DNA from: an uncultured Verrucomicrobiae bacterium
GTDB taxonomy: Bacteria; Verrucomicrobiota; Verrucomicrobiia; Chthoniobacterales; JACTMZ01
Length of the DNA stretch: 64,000 nucleotides
NCBI GenBank assembly: GCA_963776165.1
Contig: CAVZLI010000001.1
Span: 130,658-194,657, forward strand
Direction: 5' to 3'
In this document: positions 55,205 through 64,000 of the stretch, piece after piece
Numbering within the stretch: the stretch's first letter is position 1
Layout of the letters: every line of letters begins with the position of its first letter
The notes under the pieces: model-generated
Told to the model about the DNA's origin: nothing
Databases searched by the model: none
The model's input: the letters and a program-made list of their open reading frames with translations, nothing else
Translations under genes and position numbers: made by a program

Positions 55205-55272
55205 GATTTCAGATTTGAAATTTAAGATTTCAGGAGGCGGGAGGATTGGAGGTTTGAAATTTCAGATTCCAG
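55205..55272. repeat. two adjacent arrays of RATTTSA tandem heptamers (no associated gene)
   Basis: The first array reads GATTTCA GATTTGA AATTTAA GATTTCA. After a 9-nt spacer the second reads GATTGGA GGTTTGA AATTTCA GATTCCA. It is strongly AT-rich in a high-GC context. Confidence 0.8.
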
Positions 55273-55281
55273 AAGAAAGAC

Positions 55282-55309
55282 AAAAAGCCCGGGGAATTGC
55301 TTCCCCGGG
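55282..55309 (-). terminator. rho-independent terminator downstream of nrdJ
   Basis: On the minus strand the hairpin CCCGGGG-aagcaatt-CCCCGGG is followed by CTTTTTGTCTTTCTT. It starts about 35 nt after the nrdJ stop. Confidence 0.65.
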
Positions 55310-55343
55310 CCCGGTTTGGTGCGCGAAGTGGCGCAACAATCTT

Positions 55344-58513
<3,170 letters not shown>

Positions 58514-58585
58514 GGAATCTTGTCTCGTAGGGGAGGGGTTAGCGCCAACCAGTCAACCCTTGGGGGAGATCACCGGCAGACCCGA

Positions 58586-58625
58586 CACCACAATATGTGG
58601 GTGAGTTGTGCTATAAAGCCACAAC
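58586..58625. promoter_or_regulatory. two adjacent inverted repeats with a CCACAA/TTGTGG core upstream of nrdJ (NrdR-box-like)
   Basis: CACCACAATATGTGGGTG lies at 58586-58603 and GTTGTGCTATAAAGCCACAAC at 58605-58625. Their centres are about 21 bp apart, 73-112 nt upstream of the nrdJ ATG. They do not match the canonical 16-bp NrdR box exactly. Confidence 0.45.
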
Positions 58626-58768
58626 CTGTAGGGGTGGAAAAGAGATTTTTTGTGACAGCGCGAAAAAATTTTTAGCTGTTGAGGTTCAACTTGTTGCGCT
58701 GCAGAACGTGAGGTGCTGTTGGTGCTCGTAGGGGCACTTATTCACAATGGGTCTTCTCCGCGAGACCT

Positions 58769-59434
58769 TTATTTATGGGAGTTGGCAAAGGCTTCCGCCC
58801 GCGAGGCCAGAAATTGAGCCACCTCGCGCTTGGTGGCGAAATGGATCGGCGATTGGTCGCCGGCGAGGACTCCGAATCCGGGGCCGTAGGCGGCGCCATT
58901 GATGATGGTGGCGTCGGTGCGTTTCTGCGCGAGCTGGGTGCGCGCGATCTCCACGGCATCCTCGCGGGTGCCTTCGAGTTCGTATTTCCACCCGGCGATC
59001 CATGCACGCGGGAACCAACCGCGCAGGCGCGGGAGGATTTTTGCGGCGGGCTCGAGGACGAGGTGGATTTGCGGCAGGTCGCCGGGAATCTTGTGTGTGC
59101 TGTTGAGCGATCCGTCAGGCCCGCGCACGGCGGCCACGGAGTAGTCCGAGAGCGCGGCGGCGTGGAAGACGGCACGGATATCGGGGCCGCGGGTTTCGGA
59201 TAATTCCTCGAGGGCGCGGGCCAGATCGCGGTTGGTGGTGAATTCGTGCAGGAGGGCGCCAGGTGGCACGCTGGTGTGCGTGGCGCCGCGGGCGCGGTAG
59301 AGGAGTGGCTCGAAGCCGCGGGCGGCGAGGTCTGCGGCGAGCAGGGCGCCGATCTCCCCGGTGGCGAAGTTGGTGATGTGACGCACATCGTCGATCGGCG
59401 CGGCGGCAGGTCCGGTGGTGATGACGGCGAGCAT
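58769..59434 (-). CDS. CoaB-like protein (phosphopantothenate--cysteine ligase domain only)
   Basis: 221-aa ORF with VITTGPAAAPIDDVRHITNFATGEIG, which resembles the DFP C-terminal (CoaB) domain. No CoaC half is present. Confidence 0.45.
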   Translation of the reverse strand: MLAVITTGPAAAPIDDVRHITNFATGEIGALLAADLAARGFEPLLYRARGATHTSVPPGALLHEFTTNRDLARALEELSETRGPDIRAVFHAAALSDYSVAAVRGPDGSLNSTHKIPGDLPQIHLVLEPAAKILPRLRGWFPRAWIAGWKYELEGTREDAVEIARTQLAQKRTDATIINGAAYGPGFGVLAGDQSPIHFATKREVAQFLASRAEAFANSHK

Positions 59435-59488
59435 TGGGAACTTGAGGATTTCGGTGTGTGCGTCGAAAGGATATGGCGCGGGGCGGGA

Positions 59489-60448
59489 TCAGGCGATGAT
59501 TTCGCTCACGACGGCGAACATGTCACGGGCGGCGACGTAGCCGAAGTGGCCCTGCGGGCTGGTCAGGAGGCGGGCGCCGTCCCAAGCGTGGGCCAGGGCC
59601 TCGACGCGGTCGGGTGGAGCGATGCGGTCGTAGGCGCCGATGGCGAGGATGATGCGGTCGGGGGAGGTTTGTGGTTTGACGTGGAGGGGGGAACTGAGGT
59701 GGGCGTGGCGCGCGGTCAGGGTGCGGTCGATGCCATTACGATGAAGGAGGCGGCGGATGGTCGCGCCGGCGGGGCTTTGCCAGATGGCGTGCTCGACATC
59801 GGCGATGGGTTGGAGGAGCGCGATGAACGAGATGTCGTGCTCCAGCGAAGCGAGCAGAGCACCGGTCCACGCACCGTAGCTGGTGCCATAAATGCCGAAT
59901 TCGCGGCAACCTTTGGCGCGGAGCCACGCCATAAGCTGGCGCATCTCGCTCACGCCTTGACGGAGTCCTTCGCTGTTGCGGATCAGGTCGGCGGTGACGG
60001 CCAGCTCGCCGTTGAGGTAGCCGGGCGGACGGCGGGCGTAGTGGAAGGGAAGATGGAGGAAGGCGGCGTTCCAGCCGAGGGCGTTGAATTTGGCGGCGAG
60101 GCGGCGGTAGCCGAGGTCGTTGACCGACATGAGGGCGTGGAGGATGAGGACGGTCGGGGCGGACCAACCGCGGTCGCAGGGTTGCAGCCAAGCGGAGGCG
60201 CGGTCGTTGTGGTCGAGTCCGCTGGCGTGCGGAGTGGGCCAGACAAGGTGGCCGGGGGATTCCTCGACGGGCTCGAGGGGCGGGGCGGCGTAGAAGTTGT
60301 GGCGGTCGAGGGATTCGCAGACGGCGAGGTAGGTTTCGAGGTCGTTGCGTGTGGTGGCGTGGTGGCGGTGGCGCCACTGCGCCAAATTGAGCAGGGCGCA
60401 GGTCGAGGCGTCGGTCACGCGGGCCCAGGGACGGCGGAGGAATGTCAT
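59489..60448 (-). CDS. alpha/beta hydrolase
   Basis: 319-aa ORF with the nucleophile elbow GTSYG and a C-terminal His region (PQGHFG). Confidence 0.6.
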   Translation of the reverse strand: MTFLRRPWARVTDASTCALLNLAQWRHRHHATTRNDLETYLAVCESLDRHNFYAAPPLEPVEESPGHLVWPTPHASGLDHNDRASAWLQPCDRGWSAPTVLILHALMSVNDLGYRRLAAKFNALGWNAAFLHLPFHYARRPPGYLNGELAVTADLIRNSEGLRQGVSEMRQLMAWLRAKGCREFGIYGTSYGAWTGALLASLEHDISFIALLQPIADVEHAIWQSPAGATIRRLLHRNGIDRTLTARHAHLSSPLHVKPQTSPDRIILAIGAYDRIAPPDRVEALAHAWDGARLLTSPQGHFGYVAARDMFAVVSEIIA

Positions 60449-60469
60449 AGCGGGGAGGCGGAAGGCAGC

Positions 60470-60495
60470 GGCCCGCTGGGCCAGCGGGCCCTACC
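60470..60495. repeat. REP-like palindromic unit
   Basis: GGCCCGCTGG-G-CCAGCGGGCC followed by CTACC. It belongs to the same family as the units at 15193-15270. Confidence 0.7.
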
Positions 60496-60545
60496 GGGTC
60501 GTGACGGGCGGGACGCCTGTGCCCCTTGGGAGTGCAGATGGAGAT

Positions 60546-61244
60546 TCATTCGCGGCCTTTGCGCTTTTGCGGGGTTTGCGGGAGGCAGTCGGCGGGGATT
60601 TTTTCTTCGCGCACGGTGTGCTGGTAGAGTTCGCGGATGCGGTTGCCTAGGAGTTGCTCGAAGGCGTCGCGGGCGGCGGCTTTGTCGCCGGTGGAGGCGG
60701 GCGGGGCCAGCGGGGCGCCGAAGACGATCCAGACCTTGGAGTGGCGCCATGGCAGCCAGCGTCCGGGATTGTAGAGAGCGTCGGTGCCGATAACGGCGCA
60801 GGGGATGACGGGGGCCTGGGTCATCTGCGCGAGAGCGGCCACGCCGGGTTTGAGCGGAGCGCCTTCGAGGACGGAGGTGGGGCCGGCGCGGAGTCCGCCT
60901 TCGGGGAAGACGCCGACCATGCGTCCGCGCTTGAGGCGTTCGATGGCGGTGCGCACGGCGGCGTAGTCCATTTTGCCGCGGCCCACGGGGAATGAGCCGA
61001 TCCAGCGGAGCACGGCGGCAAGGACGGGATTTTCGAAAAGTTCCTCCATGGCCATCCAATCGACCTGGCGGTCGGCGCTGATGCCGAGGAGGGGTGGGTC
61101 GAAATGGCTGATGTGGTTGGGCGCGAGGATGGCGGGTCCGGTGTGCGGGACATTGGGTAGTCCGATGACGCGGCGTCGCGTGAAGGGGGCAAGGACGATG
61201 CGGAAGAAGTGCGCGCCGAGGCTGTAGCCGAAAGCGGAGAGCAT
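60546..61244 (-). CDS. plsC: 1-acyl-sn-glycerol-3-phosphate acyltransferase
   Basis: 232-aa ORF with the HX4D motif NHISHFD and FPEGGLR. Confidence 0.8.
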   Translation of the reverse strand: MLSAFGYSLGAHFFRIVLAPFTRRRVIGLPNVPHTGPAILAPNHISHFDPPLLGISADRQVDWMAMEELFENPVLAAVLRWIGSFPVGRGKMDYAAVRTAIERLKRGRMVGVFPEGGLRAGPTSVLEGAPLKPGVAALAQMTQAPVIPCAVIGTDALYNPGRWLPWRHSKVWIVFGAPLAPPASTGDKAAARDAFEQLLGNRIRELYQHTVREEKIPADCLPQTPQKRKGRE

Positions 61245-61256
61245 GCGGCCGGCTTT

Positions 61257-62016
61257 TTACGATGCAGAGCGGAAAAAGCCGCGCTGTTTTTCCGAAATGG
61301 GCAGACCGAGCTTTTCCATGACCAGCAACATGTCCTCCCAGACTTTGCGCTTCTCGGTGTTGGAGCCGTTGCGGAGGAGGTAGGACGGATGATACGTGGG
61401 GAGCAGGGGAATGTTTGCGAATTCGTGCCAGCGGCCGCGCATGGCGGACATGGATTGGTCGGCGCCGGTGAGCCCGAGCCATGGCGGTTTTGCCGAGGGC
61501 GACGAGGACGCGCGGTTGGATGATGGCGATCTGTTCGCGCAGGTAGGGGAGGCAGCGTTGCATTTCGAGCGGCGTGGGGGGGCGGTTGCCGGGCGTGTTC
61601 GGCGGCATGTCGGGGCGGCATTTGAGGACGTTGGCGATGTAGACGTCGTCGCGGGTCAGGCCCATGGCGTTGATGATTTTGGTGAGGAGTTCGCCGGCGC
61701 GTCCGACGAAGGGCTCGCCTTGCTTGTCCTCATCCGCTCCGGGGGCCTCGCCGACGAACATGAGGTCGGCGTTGGGGTTGCCGGTGCCGAAGACGGTTTG
61801 CGTGCGAGACGCGGCGAGGTGCTCGCATTTGCGGCAAGCGCGGACTGTCTCGTTCAGCGCGGCGAGCTGCGCTGAACGAGAGATTTCAGATTTCAGATTT
61901 GAGATTTCAGATAATTGAGGTGAGGGCGTTTTGGCCAGGCGCGAGAGGGATTCGCGCGTGACGTCGGTGCGGGTGCGGCCGAGGAGGGACGCGGCGGGTG
62001 CGGAGGGATTGCTCAA
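61257..62016 (-). pseudogene. family-4 uracil-DNA glycosylase with one frameshift near 61476 and a heptamer-repeat-encoded N-terminal segment
   Basis: The frame of ORF 60445..62016 gives ...CRKCEHL...[22 protein letters not shown]...[11 protein letters not shown]. The sequence continues in ORF 61257..61451 and just upstream of it ([19 protein letters not shown]...[10 protein letters not shown]). Confidence 0.75.
61882..61916. repeat. RATTTSA heptamer array (5 units)
   Basis: GATTTCA GATTTCA GATTTGA GATTTCA GATAATT. It lies inside the UDG N-terminal reading frame, where it encodes [11 protein letters not shown]. Confidence 0.85.
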
Positions 62017-62621
62017 GGAGAGCGGTGGCTTCGTGGAGAGAGGGCATGATACGATATTTCAGATTGGAAATTTGAGATTTCAGAAGGCGGGGGTGTCTCG
62101 CTTTCGCTCGGCTCAGAGGAGCGTTTTGGAGGTTTTTTCGCCGGGTGTCCATCGGGGAGGGCGGCGTTGAGTTTTTCGATAAAGGCGTTGGCTTTTTTGC
62201 GTTGTTCGTGGCGGTTGCGTTCGGCGTTGCTGAGGTGGCGTTGGCCTTTGATGTCGGAATTTTGCAGGGACTCGGCCCATTTGCGGAGCTGTCTCGAGCA
62301 GGATTCCGCCTGCAATTTCAGATTTGAAATCTGTGATTTGAGATCTTTGAGCGCGGGGCGGCGCTCGAAGTAACTGAGCATGGAACGGACTTCGCCGGCG
62401 GAGCCTCGGGCGATGTAGAGGAAGTTTAGCAGCTCGTTGGTCGTCCCACGTTCGAAACCTTCGGCGATGTTGTTGGAGACGGAGAGGGAGGCGCGGTCGA
62501 GTTGGTCGCGTTTCGACCACGTGATGCGGTCTTTGGCGGCCAAAATGAAATCCTCGCAGCCTTCGGCCAACGCAATAGCCGCGTTCCAGACCGGTAAATC
62601 TTCGAAGCGTTGGTAGGTCAT
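62013..62621 (-). CDS. four-helix-bundle protein (23S rRNA IVS protein / Avd family) with a repeat-derived C-terminal extension
   Basis: 202-aa ORF with [16 protein letters not shown]...[17 protein letters not shown]...[13 protein letters not shown]. Family members are usually about 120-130 aa. The tail reads through two heptamer arrays to a TGA that overlaps the UDG ORF start. Confidence 0.8.
   Translation of the reverse strand: MTYQRFEDLPVWNAAIALAEGCEDFILAAKDRITWSKRDQLDRASLSVSNNIAEGFERGTTNELLNFLYIARGSAGEVRSMLSYFERRPALKDLKSQISNLKLQAESCSRQLRKWAESLQNSDIKGQRHLSNAERNRHEQRKKANAFIEKLNAALPDGHPAKKPPKRSSEPSESETPPPSEISNFQSEISYHALSPRSHRSP
62053..62085. repeat. RATTTSA heptamer array
   Basis: GATATTTCA GATTGGA AATTTGA GATTTCA GAA. 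It lies in the C-terminal tail of the four-helix-bundle ORF, where it encodes [11 protein letters not shown]. Confidence 0.8.
62314..62350. repeat. degenerate RATTTSA heptamer array inside the four-helix-bundle ORF
   Basis: AATTTCA GATTTGA AATCTGT GATTTGA GATCTTT, encoding [13 protein letters not shown]. Confidence 0.7.
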
Positions 62622-62630
62622 GGTTTCGGG

Positions 62631-62660
62631 GATTTAAGATTTGAAATTTGAAATTTCAAA
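62631..62660. repeat. RATTTSA heptamer array between the cca stop and the four-helix-bundle start
   Basis: GATTTAA GATTTGA AATTTGA AATTTCA AA. It contains the 14-bp palindrome TTTGAAATTTCAAA and overlaps the cca stop codon. Confidence 0.85.
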
Positions 62661-63972
62661 CGGGGTAGTGCGCTTTAATCCAAGCGAGGGCTTCTTGGGT
62701 GGTGGTTAGTGTTCCTTCGAGTTGGGCGGTTTGGATGGATTCGAGGACTTGGCCGAAGTGGGGGCCGGGTTTCCAGCCGAGGGCCATGAGGTCGTGGCCG
62801 GTGAGGAGTGGCGGCGGGATGAGGGGTTCGTTGGCGAATTCTTCGGCTTTGGTTTTGAGAAAATCGTAATTGTCGAGAGCTCCGTGGCTGCTTTGGCAGT
62901 CGACGCGGTGGAGTTCGAGTTCCTCGTCGAAACCCTCGCGGGCCATGAAGCGTTTCAATTTGGCGGTGCGCATGTTCTGCACGTCTTTGAAGACCATGTG
63001 CTGCCGGACGGCTTCGGCGACGCGGTCGATGTCGTGGCGCGAGAAGCGGAGGCGCTCCATGAGTTTTTCTGTCATGGCCGCGCCGACGCGATCGTGTCCG
63101 CTGAAACGGATACGGTCTTCGTCCGCATGGTAACGGAAGGTGGGTGGCTTGCCGATGTCGTGGAAAAGCACGGAGAGCGCGAGGTTGGCGGGAGCGTCGG
63201 GCGGAAGGAGTTCCAGCATGGCGCGGGTGTGGACGAAGACGTCCCCCTCGGGATGGAATTGGGCCGGCTGTTCGCAGCCTTTGAGAGCTTCGATCTCGGG
63301 AAGGATTTGCTTGAGGAGTCCGCTTTGGTCGAGCAGGTCGAAGCCGAGGACGCGGCTCGGGTGGGCGAGGATTTTGACCAGCTCCTCGCGTATGCGCTCG
63401 GCGCTCACCGCGTGAATGTCCGTGGCGTGGGCGCGGAGAGCTGCCCATGTGGCGGGATCGATGTCATAGCCGAACCGCGCGGCGAAGCGGACAGCGCGGA
63501 GGAGGCGGAGTTTGTCTTCGCGAAATCGGGCCACAGGATCGCCGATGGCGCGGAGGGTCTGTGATTTCAGGTCCTCCCGGCCGCCGACGAAATCGATGAA
63601 TTGGTCCGCCACCGGATCGTGGAACATGCCATTGATGGTGAAATCGCGTCGCGCTGCGTCTTCTTCGGGCGTGGAAAAAGTGACCATCTCGGGACGGCGT
63701 CCGTCGATGTATTCGTGGTCCGAGCGGAAGGTCGCGACCTCGAAGGCGCGGCCGTGCTCCATGACGAGGATGACGCCAAAGTGGGCGCCGACGGCTTGGG
63801 TGTGCGGGAAAAGTTTCCGCACCTCCTCGGGTTTGGCCGAGGTGGCGATGTCGTAGTCGTGCGGATCAAGGCCGAGCAGTTCGTCGCGCACGCAACCGCC
63901 GGCGAAATAGGCCGTGTGTCCGGCCTCTTGCAGGCGGCGGGCAATGTCGGTGGCGGCGGATTTCGGGTCCAT
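62656..63972 (-). CDS. cca: CCA-adding tRNA nucleotidyltransferase with HD domain
   Basis: 438-aa ORF with AYFAGGCVRDELLG, DYDIAT, RRDFTINGM and the HD region LFHDIGKP. Confidence 0.85.
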   Translation of the reverse strand: MDPKSAATDIARRLQEAGHTAYFAGGCVRDELLGLDPHDYDIATSAKPEEVRKLFPHTQAVGAHFGVILVMEHGRAFEVATFRSDHEYIDGRRPEMVTFSTPEEDAARRDFTINGMFHDPVADQFIDFVGGREDLKSQTLRAIGDPVARFREDKLRLLRAVRFAARFGYDIDPATWAALRAHATDIHAVSAERIREELVKILAHPSRVLGFDLLDQSGLLKQILPEIEALKGCEQPAQFHPEGDVFVHTRAMLELLPPDAPANLALSVLFHDIGKPPTFRYHADEDRIRFSGHDRVGAAMTEKLMERLRFSRHDIDRVAEAVRQHMVFKDVQNMRTAKLKRFMAREGFDEELELHRVDCQSSHGALDNYDFLKTKAEEFANEPLIPPPLLTGHDLMALGWKPGPHFGQVLESIQTAQLEGTLTTTQEALAWIKAHYPV

Positions 63973-64000
63973 GGACGATGCAGAAGACTATCGAGAGCGG

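Larger units (their letters stand above)
61882..62660 (-). other. second four-helix-bundle cassette delimited by heptamer arrays
   Basis: The four-helix-bundle gene has RATTTSA arrays on both sides and one inside. The array at 62640-62660 is complementary to the array at 62053-62085 at about 17 of 21 positions by my alignment. Confidence 0.5.

Noticed and set aside
55080-55343. tRNA-Gln as an integration site for a genomic island
   Set aside because: No integrase is present. I saw no direct repeat of the tRNA 3' end downstream or upstream within the window. The flanking genes are ordinary metabolic genes.
58514-58768. Cobalamin riboswitch upstream of the B12-dependent nrdJ. I also looked at 43431-43526 (mutase unit), 32090-32151 (BtuF-like gene) and a GCCACTG heptamer at 28219-28225 in the rpiA-fur spacer.
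   Set aside because: The spacers at 43431-43526, 32090-32151 and 28175-28298 are far shorter than a cobalamin aptamer. In the 255-nt nrdJ leader I could not find the conserved B12-box context or the expected paired elements by eye. The isolated GCCACTG sits in front of fur and is most likely chance. A covariance-model scan (Rfam RF00174) would settle it.
62013-62210. The C-terminal 65-70 aa of the 202-aa four-helix-bundle ORF as a genuine extra domain
   Set aside because: The family core ends around residue 130-135. The tail is low-complexity ([29 protein letters not shown]) and is produced by reading through heptamer arrays. It is probably a read-through extension rather than a functional domain, though translation cannot be excluded.

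Overview
High-GC bacterial chromosomal window with about 65 genes, mostly housekeeping. The gene content, the many 4-nt ATGA/GTGA start-stop overlaps and the four-helix-bundle inserts suggest a Verrucomicrobiota/Opitutales-like genome; that is inference only. Recognisable content: a TPR-like gene with exbB-exbD-exbD, metG, a lipid A acyltransferase, gnd plus class I aldolase, slyD, a split chromate transporter, a LolC/E-like permease and a tmk-holB-proB chain. Also present: two GH13 paralogs, an nrdR operon, mog, rpiA, fur-argH, tatC, a vapBC-type TA pair, dapB-dapA-dapF, mutS and a DASS transporter. A carboxyltransferase 5S gene is coupled to a fused methylmalonyl-CoA mutase. A partial reductive-pyrimidine catabolic operon holds an NCS1 permease, dihydropyrimidinase, class III aminotransferase and mmsA. 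The window ends with tRNA-Gln(UUG), class II RNR, plsC, family-4 UDG and cca. Main observations: (1) two four-helix-bundle (23S-IVS protein/Avd family) genes sit inside operons, each bracketed by arrays of tandem heptamers able to pair across the gene. This is an IVS-like cassette architecture in mRNA context. (2) The heptamer family RATTTSA occurs five times, all within 55.2-62.7 kb. (3) nrdJ is broken by at least ten 1-nt frameshifts while its segments, regulator, operator-like sites and terminator look intact. Single frameshifts also occur in the UDG and TPR genes. (4) An unannotated 44-aa secreted Cys-rich peptide gene sits next to ykgJ-like and slyD genes. (5) A REP-like palindrome family occurs at convergent or intergenic sites. 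No CRISPR array, rRNA, transposase or integrase was seen.
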